A stretch of 64,000 bases of DNA from Alphaproteobacteria bacterium (GCA_965222575.1 OZ244958.1:128001-192000), one strand, 5' to 3'; shown: positions 21,105 to 30,377, counted from the first letter of the stretch. Notes: generated from the sequence alone by a model not told the origin. A program made the numbers and translations.

Positions 21105-21713
21105 ATGAAAGGGGCAAAGAAGTTGAAGAGATTCCATAAGAAGTTACGCGATTTAGTGGAGGAGTGCTACAAGGGGAATTGGTCTTCTATGGGTCGTGCG
21201 TGCGGAATTAGTCCGACAAGTTTACAACGTCTAAAAGAAGGAGGGTTTCCACGCTTAGAGACACTATTGAAGCTCAGTCACGGGTTAAAGATAGATATAG
21301 ACAGTTTATGCACTGAAGAGGCACTCGGGGAAGGAGGAGAGACAGTACGCATTAAAAGGTTTGGTTCTAAAGAGCAGTTTTATGGCTTCAGTCGCTCGTG
21401 GTTAATTGCACGCGGGTTACTGGATTGTCCGCTTTGCGTAGCAGAAATAGGGGAAGATGATAGTCTATTGCCTGAGTTTCAGCGCGGGGATTTGTGCTTA
21501 CTACAAGTTGGAGATAAGGATTTGAAGAGTGGAAGTCTATACGGTTTATTCATTGAAGGAGAAGTGTTATTGCGTTATGGGTCTCATTTTCCGGACGGGT
21601 ATCTTTTTCACGGAAGTAGAATAGAGAAGGGGTACTATAAGTTAGGGGAGCAAGGATTTTCTCAGCAATCCATTATAGGGAGACTAGTTGGATGTCTGAA
21701 AACCTACAATTAA
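21105..21713 (+). CDS. CI-like repressor (XRE HTH + S24-like domain)
   Basis: CGISPTSLQRL..GGFPRLETLLKL, DDSLLPEFQRGDL, IIGRLV; divergent from the phage operon. Confidence 0.8.
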   Translation: MKGAKKLKRFHKKLRDLVEECYKGNWSSMGRACGISPTSLQRLKEGGFPRLETLLKLSHGLKIDIDSLCTEEALGEGGETVRIKRFGSKEQFYGFSRSWLIARGLLDCPLCVAEIGEDDSLLPEFQRGDLCLLQVGDKDLKSGSLYGLFIEGEVLLRYGSHFPDGYLFHGSRIEKGYYKLGEQGFSQQSIIGRLVGCLKTYN

Positions 21714-21738
21714 AATTGACAATTGAAATTGTTGAGAA

Positions 21739-22090
21739 GGGCTAGCCCTAGGGGGCAACCCCCTTGGGAAAATCCCTTGTGAGTCCTTATGTGAGTCGCT
21801 TCTGTGAAACCCCCTTGGGGGAAAGCCCCTTGGGGCAACCCCCTTGGGGGGAAATCCCTTGTGAGTCCTTATGTGAGTCGCTTCTGTGAAAGCCCCTAGG
21901 GGCAACCCCCTTGGGGGAAAGCCCCTTGGGGCAACCCCCTTGGGAAAATCCCTTGTGAGTCCTTATGTGAGTCGCTTCTGTGAAAGCCCCTAGGGGCAAC
22001 CCCCTTGGGGGGAAATCCCTTGTGAGTCCTTATGTGAGTCGCTTCTGTGAAAGCCCCTAGGGGCAACCCCCTAAGGGGTTCCCCTAGCCA
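21739..22090. repeat. Array of 4 copies of a ~39-bp core (aatcccttgtgagtccttatgtgagtcgcttctgtgaaa) separated by palindromic ccccttgggg/cccctagggg linkers
   Basis: Read directly; a fifth core copy is at ~23190. Confidence 0.95.
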
Positions 22091-22095
22091 ATCCC

Positions 22096-22845
22096 TTACG
22101 GATTATGAGGAATGGTGCCGTAAAAGCCTCCTCCTGAGCGAGGTGTTTGGATATCACCTACCTCATAGACAAGAAAGTTCAGGGTGCCTAGTAATTTCGA
22201 GACATCTGTAATATTATGCTTTGTTCTGTAAGCAAAAAACTTCACCGGGTCCTCCACTATTAACTTCCCATAAACTGTGATTGTCCTTGGTGCTGCAGCA
22301 AGGAGCCTGTTGTTGCGATGGAAATGAGAATCGTCAAATAGCAAATAGCTCACTGGTGACTCACGGGGCTTAAACACCTCCAGGTCAGCAACATCATTAA
22401 GCGTATTCCCAGTGGACTTCTTCAGAGTGCCATCGCCGGCGGTTTTTTTAAAAGTTAACTCTAACGCCACTCCCGCCTCTTCCAAATCAAGAGACCCCTC
22501 AATATATGAAACCTTTATAAATGCATGAGCGGCATAATCGGTGTCGGTGCGCCCTAAAAAGTAGGATTTCACATACGGGTCAAGAGTGAATTCCCCTACC
22601 TGTGCCCAGTTACCAACAGGAGTGGCATTCTCACATTCTGTGATTCCATTCTCGTCTAACGCACACTCAATATTTTCCCCTTGATTCAGTTGTATCGGGG
22701 TCACAGTATAAGCCCCAAAGTTTAGGTGTGTATCTACTGTAATGTCAGGCGCTGCTAAAAGGAGTTGCCCTCCTAAGAGGAAACCTCCTAGGAGGAAACC
22801 TCCTATGGCAAGGTAACTGACAGAGATTTTGAAAGTCTTCTTCAT
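22096..22845 (-). CDS. Orphan secreted hypothetical protein
   Basis: 249-aa ORF, signal-peptide-like N-terminus, SD aaggag. Confidence 0.7.
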   Translation of the reverse strand: MKKTFKISVSYLAIGGFLLGGFLLGGQLLLAAPDITVDTHLNFGAYTVTPIQLNQGENIECALDENGITECENATPVGNWAQVGEFTLDPYVKSYFLGRTDTDYAAHAFIKVSYIEGSLDLEEAGVALELTFKKTAGDGTLKKSTGNTLNDVADLEVFKPRESPVSYLLFDDSHFHRNNRLLAAAPRTITVYGKLIVEDPVKFFAYRTKHNITDVSKLLGTLNFLVYEVGDIQTPRSGGGFYGTIPHNP

Positions 22846-22869
22846 GGTCTATAGGCTCCTTTGTTGATG

Positions 22870-23103
22870 TTGCCTATAGACGGATTGCCTATAGACGGAT
22901 TGCCTATAGACGGATTGCCTATAGACGGATTGCCTATAGACGGATTGCCTATAGACGGATTGCCTATAGACGGATTGCCTATAGACGGATTGCCTATAGA
23001 CGGATTGCCTATAGACGGATTGCCTATAGACGGATTGCCTATAGACGGATTGCCTATAGACGGATTGCCTATAGACGGATTGCCTATAGACGGATTGCCT
23101 ATA
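22870..23103. repeat. Perfect tandem repeat, 15 x ttgcctatagacgga plus a partial copy
   Basis: Read directly. Confidence 0.98.
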
Positions 23104-23132
23104 TAATAGGACGATTCCAAGCCCCTTGTCAA
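23103..23132 (-). promoter_or_regulatory. Sigma70-type promoter for gene 22096-22845
   Basis: Minus strand TTGACA-N18-TATTAT. Confidence 0.55.
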
Positions 23133-23133
23133 G

Positions 23134-23162
23134 AAAAAAAACTCCTAATCCTTAGGAGTTTT
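23134..23162 (-). terminator. Rho-independent terminator downstream of lolD
   Basis: aaaactccta/taggagtttt inverted repeat followed by a T-run on the minus strand. Confidence 0.65.
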
Positions 23163-23167
23163 ATTGG

Positions 23168-23296
23168 GGGGGGGAACCCCTTGGGGGGAAATCCCTTGTG
23201 AGTCCTTATGTGAGTCGCTTCTGTGAAACCCCCTAGGGGCAACCCCTTAAGGGGAAACCCCCTTTTTCTCCATGCCCAGGGCTAGCCCTAGGGGCT
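23168..23296. repeat. Single copy of the 21.7-kb repeat unit next to the lolD stop
   Basis: Same core; gggctagccctagggg also matches 21739. Confidence 0.9.
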
Positions 23297-23947
23297 AGTG
23301 CCTCCTAAGGTTAAAGCTCCCTGATGATAATTGAGCCATCGACGGTCATGGGTTGCTACAATTGCTATAAGAGAGGTTTTGTGTACCAGTTGACACAAAT
23401 ACTCAATGAGAGCTGTAGCGGCAATGCTATCTAAGTTTCCTGTTGGTTCATCGGCTAAAAGAAGTGTTGGGGTTTTAATCACTGCCCGACTAACGGCAAT
23501 ACGCATCGCTTCACCGCCTGATAACTCTGCTGGATACTGGGAGGCTTTTTCTTTAAGACCTATTTTCTTTAAGGCTTCGTAGGCCTTTTCTTGTGCAAGC
23601 TTTTTATGATATCCTTGAAGACGCAAAGGAAGGGCGACATTCTCCAAAGCTGTAAAATCTCTTAACAAGCCATGAAACTGGTATACAAAGCCTATGTTTT
23701 CTCTTCTTAAAAGCGTTCTTTCTTTATTGGAGAGTCTTGAAAAGGGGTGGTTTTTGAGTATGATTTCTCCTTCTTGCATTCTCTCAAGCAATCCTAAGAG
23801 CTGTAGCAAGGTTGTTTTCCCGGACCCAGAGGGGCCAAGTACCACAAACACTTCCCCTGCTCCAGCTGTAAAATTCACCTCTTTGAGAATCTTTTCTTTT
23901 CCTAGCCCGTAGGAAAATGAGAGGGCACGCACTTTGAGTTTACACAT
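23288..23947 (-). CDS. lolD: Lipoprotein-releasing ABC transporter ATPase LolD
   Basis: GPSGSGKTT, GFVYQFHGLL, LSGGE, LADEPTGNLD. Confidence 0.92.
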   Translation of the reverse strand: MCKLKVRALSFSYGLGKEKILKEVNFTAGAGEVFVVLGPSGSGKTTLLQLLGLLERMQEGEIILKNHPFSRLSNKERTLLRRENIGFVYQFHGLLRDFTALENVALPLRLQGYHKKLAQEKAYEALKKIGLKEKASQYPAELSGGEAMRIAVSRAVIKTPTLLLADEPTGNLDSIAATALIEYLCQLVHKTSLIAIVATHDRRWLNYHQGALTLGGTSP

Positions 23948-25157
23948 GTCTTAATCCTTCTGCGGGGGATAAGCAAGACGCTTTCCATGCTGGATACAGA
24001 CTTGCCAAAAAGCATACAAATTGACCTAACAGACAGGTATAAAGTGCTTTCCACGGTGCATAAATCATTGGCAATTCCTTCAAAAATCTAATTTCCTCGT
24101 CCCAAATTGAGAAGCCTAGCAACGACTCCAAAAAAGTTTGTACTTGGTCACTATAAATACAAATCAACGACCCCACAACGCCTCCTAATAAACTGCCTGC
24201 CAAGCCTATTAAGGCTCCGCAAATCAAGAAAATTGACACAATTTCTCCTTTTCCTGCCCCTAAGCCTCTGAGTATGGCAATCTCTGAGCGCTTATCCTGT
24301 ACCAACATCACCAAAGACGATATCACATTAAAGGCTGCCACAAAAATCATGAGGAACAAAATCAATTTCATGACGCGTCTTTCTATCTCAAGGGTTTGGA
24401 AAAAGGAGGCATTCACCTCTTGCCATGTAAAGGCTTCATAGTGTGGTGGTAAGGACTCTTTGATAAAAGACACCATCTCTTTTACTTGTGAGGGCGTATT
24501 TACAAACACTTCTAGTGCGACAAACCCACTGCCACTGAGTATCTTACCTGTCTCAAGGGGTAGCAGGGCAAATTGCGCATCATATTCATACATACCCACA
24601 TCAAAAATGCCTGCAATAGACAACACCAGTATCTTAGGCACAAACCCAAAGGCTGTGTGGTATCCTTCTCCTAGTATTAGACTCACCTTATCTCCTACCT
24701 CTACTTGTAGCTGTAGTGCTAAAAGACGACCAATGAGAATCCCGCCCTTGTCAAACCTGTCAATCTCTGCGGCTTCCAAAGACAACAAGGAGACCTTTTT
24801 TAAGTCTTCCCCTCTTGCAGCTTTCAAAAATACTCCTCTTGACACACCGTCCGCCATAATAAACCCTTCGGAACGAATGGTAGGCATTACCAACTCGACT
24901 TCTTCATGCGCTTCAAGCAGTTTTCTGAAGGCTGTATCCTCCGCTATTCCGCTGCCTCTGACAACCACATGACCATTAAACCCTAAAATCCTAGACAAAA
25001 GCTCTTGGTGAAAGCCTTCCATCACGCCCATGACGACAATGAGTGTGCCAACGCCAATGGCTAAGCCTAGAAGTGAAAAAATGGTGATAACCGATAAAAA
25101 CTTCTCACGCTTTCGCGCTAAAAGATAGCGTAACGCTATAGCAAAAGCTATCCGCAT
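23940..25157 (-). CDS. Lipoprotein-releasing ABC permease LolC/E
   Basis: IALRYL, LIVVMGVMEGF, AAFNVISSLVMLV, ASLYPAWKAS. Confidence 0.93.
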   Translation of the reverse strand: MRIAFAIALRYLLARKREKFLSVITIFSLLGLAIGVGTLIVVMGVMEGFHQELLSRILGFNGHVVVRGSGIAEDTAFRKLLEAHEEVELVMPTIRSEGFIMADGVSRGVFLKAARGEDLKKVSLLSLEAAEIDRFDKGGILIGRLLALQLQVEVGDKVSLILGEGYHTAFGFVPKILVLSIAGIFDVGMYEYDAQFALLPLETGKILSGSGFVALEVFVNTPSQVKEMVSFIKESLPPHYEAFTWQEVNASFFQTLEIERRVMKLILFLMIFVAAFNVISSLVMLVQDKRSEIAILRGLGAGKGEIVSIFLICGALIGLAGSLLGGVVGSLICIYSDQVQTFLESLLGFSIWDEEIRFLKELPMIYAPWKALYTCLLGQFVCFLASLYPAWKASCLSPAEGLRHV

Positions 25158-25160
25158 CTC

Positions 25161-25649
25161 CTACGCCTCTTGAAGAAGTTCGTACCCAAGGGTTAAGGCT
25201 TTCTCTACGGCCTTCATTCTCACGGCATGGCGAGACATTGTAGCAGACCCTTCTACACACTCAAGCTTACTCTGCTTCTGTAACATCCCGCCACAATAGA
25301 CAAGGGGAAGAGAAGACACAGAGGAGGCCTCCGCAAATCCTGTGATAGCAAGAACAAAATGCACTTGTAACACCTTTGAAGCACCCCTCATAAGGGCTAA
25401 CGCAAGCTCTTCAGAAGCACTACCGCACGCAAGAACTTTCTCATCAATCCCAAGAAGGCGTGCTTTTAACCCATCATTGTACGCAATAATACCTCCTACA
25501 AAAACCTTAGAGCTGCCAGATAAGGCTGTGAGTGTCCCCCCAAGCAATCCTCCGGTACAAGATTCCGCTACACCCATGGTGAGACCTAGGTGCTCACACT
25601 GAGAGAATACGGCTTGTGCACGCCTTAAAATGCCTTGAGAAAATTCCAT
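25161..25649 (-). CDS. CinA-C / nicotinamide mononucleotide deamidase (PncC) family
   Basis: AESCTGGLL, SGSSKVF, AITG. Confidence 0.85.
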   Translation of the reverse strand: MEFSQGILRRAQAVFSQCEHLGLTMGVAESCTGGLLGGTLTALSGSSKVFVGGIIAYNDGLKARLLGIDEKVLACGSASEELALALMRGASKVLQVHFVLAITGFAEASSVSSLPLVYCGGMLQKQSKLECVEGSATMSRHAVRMKAVEKALTLGYELLQEA

Positions 25650-25650
25650 G

Positions 25651-26124
25651 TCATATCCACAATTTACTCGCCACCACCACCACAATGCCTGCGATAACTC
25701 CAGCAACCACATCATCGGCAAATACGCCAATAATACTACGCCACTTCAAAGACCCCCACTCTTCTACCCATCTTATAGGAAATGGCTTCACAATATCAAA
25801 AAATCGAAAAGCAAGTCCCGTCACTAAAATCATCTCCACCGATACCGCCTGCCCCATCACCGACTCCACAACAAAAAGAGAAACCCAAAATCCTAGCACT
25901 TCATCTAACACAATCCAACTGGGATCAACTGATACAGTCCGTAGCTTCACCCTAGCCCAAAGACCCAAAACACCAACCACAAGACAAAGCCCCACCATCA
26001 CCCCCCCCTCACCCCTCAATAACCACCATATCACTCCCCCCACCACAGTCCCCCAAGTGCCTGCCGCATAAGGGATAAACCCAACACCTCCAACACTCAA
26101 GAGACACTGATAAAACCTTCTCAT
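25651..26124 (-). CDS. pgpA: Phosphatidylglycerophosphatase A
   Basis: AGTWGT, DPSWIVLDEVLG, FRFFDIVKPFPI, DDVVAG. Confidence 0.92.
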   Translation of the reverse strand: MRRFYQCLLSVGGVGFIPYAAGTWGTVVGGVIWWLLRGEGGVMVGLCLVVGVLGLWARVKLRTVSVDPSWIVLDEVLGFWVSLFVVESVMGQAVSVEMILVTGLAFRFFDIVKPFPIRWVEEWGSLKWRSIIGVFADDVVAGVIAGIVVVVASKLWI

Positions 26125-26133
26125 CAGAACCCT

Positions 26134-27303
26134 CTAACAGGCACAATGCCCTCGAAGCGTTGCAATCACCACAGCCATCACTCCTTCCTTTCGTCCTGTA
26201 AAGCCTAAGCCCTCTGTGGTCGTCGCCTTCACATTCACCTTATCAACAGATAACTGACACAATAGCCCTACCCTCTTACACACCTCTTCCCTAAAAGACC
26301 TTGATAGCTTAGGATGCTCACACACCACCGTCATATCCAAAGAAGAAAGCCTAAAGCCTCTTTCCGCTGCCATCTTAAGGGCAAAGGTCACAAACAAAGA
26401 GGAGTCTTGATTTTTCCACCTGCTATCAGAAGGGGGGAAATGTGTCCCTATATCCCCAGCCCCTGCAGCTCCTAACACACTATCCACCACGGCATGGAGT
26501 AAAACATCTGCATCTGAGTGTCCTTGTAGAGAAAATCTGTGGGGTATCTTACAGCCTCCAAGAATAAGGTGACCCTCCCCTTCCGTTGCGTGAAAGGGAT
26601 GCACATCAATGCCTATCCCTGTACGGACTTCACCTAAGAGAGGAGAGAAGAGGTCTTGGGGAGTGGTAAGTTTTCTATTGCCCGCACAACCTTGCACAAC
26701 GCGTATCCGCCCCCCGGCTCTTTGGAAAACATCGCCATCATCCCGTAACGCTTTCGAGGGAGAAATCTTCTCATAGGAGGCAAGAATGTCCTGATAAAGA
26801 AACACTTGCGGGGTTTGGGCACAGAGTAGAGTCCCTTTCAGACTTTCTCCTACTTCTTTGCCCTTCAGTAGCTTCAACGCATCCCAAACAGGCAGCACAG
26901 GCACAACACCCTTCTCAGTCTTCAAGGCTTCCAACAGGCGCCTTAAAAGCTTGTGACAGACAAAAGGCCTCACCGCATCATGAATCAACACAGCCTCCGG
27001 CTTATAAGCTCCAAGCCCCTTCAACCCTTGCCAACAAGACGCCCCTCTCGTGGCGCCTCCTTCTACGGGAGGAAGGCATTTTGCCCTTACTTCCGTAGGC
27101 AAAATAGACAACACCTCATCAAAACGCTCCCTGTAAGAGCGGTGTAACACCACTAATAAAAACCTAATGGACTCACAAGCCCCTAGCGTCTTAAGAGAAG
27201 AGACAATAATAGGCTCTCCTTCCGGTAAAAGATGAAAAATTTTATTGCCCCCCCATCTTTCTCCTGTTCCTCCCGCAAGGATGAGGGCATCAGTCAACAT
27301 CAA
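26134..27303 (-). CDS. ispDF: Bifunctional IspD/IspF
   Basis: LIHDAVRPF, AQTPQ; GIDVH, GHSDADVLLHA, KATTTEGLGFTGR. Confidence 0.95.
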   Translation of the reverse strand: MMLTDALILAGGTGERWGGNKIFHLLPEGEPIIVSSLKTLGACESIRFLLVVLHRSYRERFDEVLSILPTEVRAKCLPPVEGGATRGASCWQGLKGLGAYKPEAVLIHDAVRPFVCHKLLRRLLEALKTEKGVVPVLPVWDALKLLKGKEVGESLKGTLLCAQTPQVFLYQDILASYEKISPSKALRDDGDVFQRAGGRIRVVQGCAGNRKLTTPQDLFSPLLGEVRTGIGIDVHPFHATEGEGHLILGGCKIPHRFSLQGHSDADVLLHAVVDSVLGAAGAGDIGTHFPPSDSRWKNQDSSLFVTFALKMAAERGFRLSSLDMTVVCEHPKLSRSFREEVCKRVGLLCQLSVDKVNVKATTTEGLGFTGRKEGVMAVVIATLRGHCAC

Positions 27304-27311
27304 AGATTCCT

Positions 27312-28340
27312 CTATAAAGGATAATTATTCAATAACCAGCCAATCAAAAGCACTTGAGGCAATAAAATCAACATATAAAAAACCACCACGCCCCACTGCT
27401 TTGTCATCTCACGCAGAATCAGAATTTCCGTGATATCCGTTGCCACGCCAGCTAGCAGGAAAACAAAAACATTCCCTTGAGCGCGCGCATAGGTGTAAAT
27501 GTCAAGAGCAAAAGGCACCATGCCTTCAGAACACACTTCAATCACCGTAGCAAGCCCTAAGGTCGCCAACATGCCAATTAAAGACGGAGCAAAAAACTTC
27601 ATCATACTCACGTCAGAAAGGAATAACCGCAACACAGCCGCAATCAAAATTCCTAACAATAACCATCGAACCAGACTTTTAATGGCTATTATCTGTTGGC
27701 CGATATGGACAAATATGCCCTTGAGTGACCAATCCTGCCAATGAAAACTCTCCGCTAAACGTTGACTGATAAGAGAGGAAGCCGTTGTAGGTCTTGTGTC
27801 CTTATTGTATTGAGGCACTCTGTCCCCTAAGAGTTCAAAACAGACCCCTGTGCTATAAGCCAACACCATGGATAACCCTGTAAATACGAGCGTAAGAGAA
27901 ACCCCTATGTTGTTCATGAGAATCACCATGACAGAAAAAGAATTCCAAGGAGTGGAAATTAAAAATGCTATCACATGCCCAAGTCGTACCCCTTTCTTAT
28001 AAAGTGCCACCGCTATCAGGAGAACACCATGGCTACAAACATCAAACAGGAACCCAGCGATGATACACTTCATCAGGCTGTTTTTTCCCTTGAAAAAGAA
28101 ATTGATAAATTTATTAGGCAAAAAGGAAAAGCTAATGGCAATGATGACGCCAATCACCGTGCCAACCCAAATCATCTCAGTAAATCTTGTAACATGGTGA
28201 GCAAACTCTCCGATTTTTCCCGCCATATCAGGCCACAGGAGCCTCCCCCCAACACTCAGCCCAATGACCATAAATGTTCCCCAAAAAAGATAATCAATCT
28301 TCTTATTAGAACTTTCTTTCGAGGGACAACAGGAGGTCAT
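27312..28340 (-). CDS. Predicted permease (DUF318/ArsP-like)
   Basis: N-terminal SCC, two repeats DVCSHG / EVCSEG, multiple TM helices. Confidence 0.7.
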   Translation of the reverse strand: MTSCCPSKESSNKKIDYLFWGTFMVIGLSVGGRLLWPDMAGKIGEFAHHVTRFTEMIWVGTVIGVIIAISFSFLPNKFINFFFKGKNSLMKCIIAGFLFDVCSHGVLLIAVALYKKGVRLGHVIAFLISTPWNSFSVMVILMNNIGVSLTLVFTGLSMVLAYSTGVCFELLGDRVPQYNKDTRPTTASSLISQRLAESFHWQDWSLKGIFVHIGQQIIAIKSLVRWLLLGILIAAVLRLFLSDVSMMKFFAPSLIGMLATLGLATVIEVCSEGMVPFALDIYTYARAQGNVFVFLLAGVATDITEILILREMTKQWGVVVFYMLILLPQVLLIGWLLNNYPL

Positions 28341-28468
28341 ACAGTCAACATTATAATCTCTTTCACTCTAGCACATTCCGTCCTTGTTTGACAAGATAAC
28401 AAGTCTCTTTCACGCCTTAAAGTTGCTTCTTGAGGCTAATAAAGCTATTCTTTGAAAAAAGTTACACA

Positions 28469-28555
28469 GGATGGGTGGCTGAGCGGTCGAAAGCACTGGT
28501 CTTGAAAACCAGCAGGTACGCAAGTGTCTCGTGGGTTCGAATCCCACCCCATCCG
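28469..28555 (+). tRNA. tRNA-Ser(TGA)
   Basis: ctggt-cttgaaa-accag anticodon arm, long variable arm, GTTCGAATC; CCA not encoded. Confidence 0.95.
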
Positions 28556-28577
28556 TAAAAAGAACAAAATAGAAAAA

Positions 28578-30377
28578 ATGACAACAGGTCTCCTTTCTCT
28601 CAATCAAGAGCAAGTTCTCATCCTTGCCTTACTACTCGTGATGCTTGGTCTGTTTCTATACAGTCCATGGCGCCATGATGTGGTGGCTTTGTTTACGTTG
28701 TTGATAGCCTCTATTTTAGGGCTGGTGCCAACTGATAAAATTTTTACAGGGTTCGGACACCCAGCCGTCATGCTCGTGGTGATTGTCCTGATTATTAGCT
28801 ATATTCTCACCAGAGTCGGCACACTGGATTTTTTGATAACCCTAGCAGATAAAGTCTCCTCTTACCGCTCCTTGCACACAGCCTCACTGGTTATCTCCAC
28901 AGCAGTCCTGTCTATGTTCGTGAACAACATAGCAGCCCTAACCCTAATGATGCCCATAGCACTACAATCCGTAAAAGACACCGGTCGTTCTCCCAGCACA
29001 ATCCTAATGCCCCTGTCATTTGGCTCCCTTCTAGGAGGACTCGCAACCCTCATCGGAACACCGCCGAATATTATCATAGCAACCTATAGAGCAGAAATAA
29101 CAGGCACCCCCTTCTCCATGTTCGACTTCATGCCCGTAGGAGGGCTTGTAGCCCTAGTAGGCGTTCTGTTTATCTCCTTCATAGGATGGAGACTAGTGCG
29201 TGACAGAAAGCCCTCCTCTGGAAGCCTGTCCTTGTTCAAAATCGAGTCCTATCTTTTCGAGGTGGAAATCTCTAAACAGTCACAGATTACCGGCAAAACT
29301 ATTGAAGAAGTAGAGGGCATGCTCAAACCCTACGATGTCCTATTAGCCTCCTTAATTCACCGTCGTCACTCTTACCCTATTCCGTATCGCGGGTATATCC
29401 TAGAAGATAAAGATGTTCTCGTACTAGAAGGCAATCAGGAAAATATAGACAAATTTTCTTCGCGCTTTGGGTTGACACTCCTAGAAGCAGACAGAAGCAA
29501 AGCAGTACTCACCTCCAAAGACGCTGTCATGATGGAAACAGTGGTGAAACAGGGAAGCCCCATAGAAGGATGGAAAGTAGGACAGATTGGGTTCGGTAGA
29601 AGTTATGGCATCAATGTCTTAGCGGTTTCACGCGAAGGTCAATCTCACTGTGGTCCGTTGAGAGAGTGGCGTATTCGTGCTGGAGATGTGCTACTGATAA
29701 CAGGACGAGAGGAGAGAATCAAGTCTGTGTTTCACTCCATTGGCTGCTTACCCTTAGCGAAAAGATGGGTCACCTTCGGCAAACGCAAGCGCGGACTGCT
29801 AGGGCTAGTCACCCTCGGCATAGCCGTGAGTGCCACCACTTTTGGGCTCTTTCCAATACAGGTGTGCTTACTAGCGGCTTTGTTGGTGATTTTATTCCTA
29901 CAGCTCATTCCTCTGAGTGAGTTATACGATGGAGTAGATTGGTCTGTGATTATCTTGCTAGGCTCCATGATTCCTCTAGCCACTGCTTTAGACCACTTAG
30001 GCGTCACAACACTGATTGCAAAAGAGCTTGTAGAAGGTCTACAGGGTCTGTCTCCAACGGTGATGATAGCAGGCGTCTTAATTTTCACGATGCTACTATC
30101 AGATATCTTAAATAATGCCGCCACAGCAATTTTGATGGCGCCCGTGGCAAAAGAAATAGCAGTCACAGCAGGGTTTAATGTAGACCCCTTTTTAATGGCC
30201 GTCGCCATTGGGGCCTCGTGTACATTTCTCACCCCAATAGGTCACCAGAATAATGCCCTGATATTAGGCCCCGGCGGGTATAAATTTTCTGATTACTGGC
30301 CCTTTGGTCTTCCGTTGGATATTGTGATAGTGCTAACGGCAGTGCCTATGATTTTGTGGGTTTGGCCAATCTCATGA
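28578..30377 (+). CDS. SLC13-family permease with TrkA-C domains
   Basis: FVNNIA, TLIGTPPNII, FLTPIGHQNN..GPGGYKFSDY. Confidence 0.9.
   Translation: MTTGLLSLNQEQVLILALLLVMLGLFLYSPWRHDVVALFTLLIASILGLVPTDKIFTGFGHPAVMLVVIVLIISYILTRVGTLDFLITLADKVSSYRSLHTASLVISTAVLSMFVNNIAALTLMMPIALQSVKDTGRSPSTILMPLSFGSLLGGLATLIGTPPNIIIATYRAEITGTPFSMFDFMPVGGLVALVGVLFISFIGWRLVRDRKPSSGSLSLFKIESYLFEVEISKQSQITGKTIEEVEGMLKPYDVLLASLIHRRHSYPIPYRGYILEDKDVLVLEGNQENIDKFSSRFGLTLLEADRSKAVLTSKDAVMMETVVKQGSPIEGWKVGQIGFGRSYGINVLAVSREGQSHCGPLREWRIRAGDVLLITGREERIKSVFHSIGCLPLAKRWVTFGKRKRGLLGLVTLGIAVSATTFGLFPIQVCLLAALLVILFLQLIPLSELYDGVDWSVIILLGSMIPLATALDHLGVTTLIAKELVEGLQGLSPTVMIAGVLIFTMLLSDILNNAATAILMAPVAKEIAVTAGFNVDPFLMAVAIGASCTFLTPIGHQNNALILGPGGYKFSDYWPFGLPLDIVIVLTAVPMILWVWPIS

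Larger units (their letters stand above)
13501..21713. mobile_element. Phage-derived (Mu-like head / siphovirus-type tail) gene cluster; defective prophage or domesticated GTA-like operon
   Basis: 14 co-oriented, tightly packed minus-strand ORFs including Mu-like protease, capsid, gp36 and gpG, plus a divergent CI-like repressor. Confidence 0.85.

Noticed and set aside
13501-21713. Complete inducible Mu-like prophage or contractile tailocin
   Set aside because: No transposase, terminase, portal, lysis or sheath genes; capsid genes are present, unlike tailocins.
21739-22090. CRISPR array or real ORFs (21684-21905, 21787-21999)
   Set aside because: The linkers are repetitive palindromes, not spacers, and the ORFs are translations of the repeat.
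22842-23132. Pentapeptide-repeat proteins (GNPSI)n / (LPIDG)n
   Set aside because: A 15-bp unit without stops is open by construction. There is no synonymous variation between units, and the minus-strand start is a TTG inside the -35 box. A leader peptide cannot be fully excluded.
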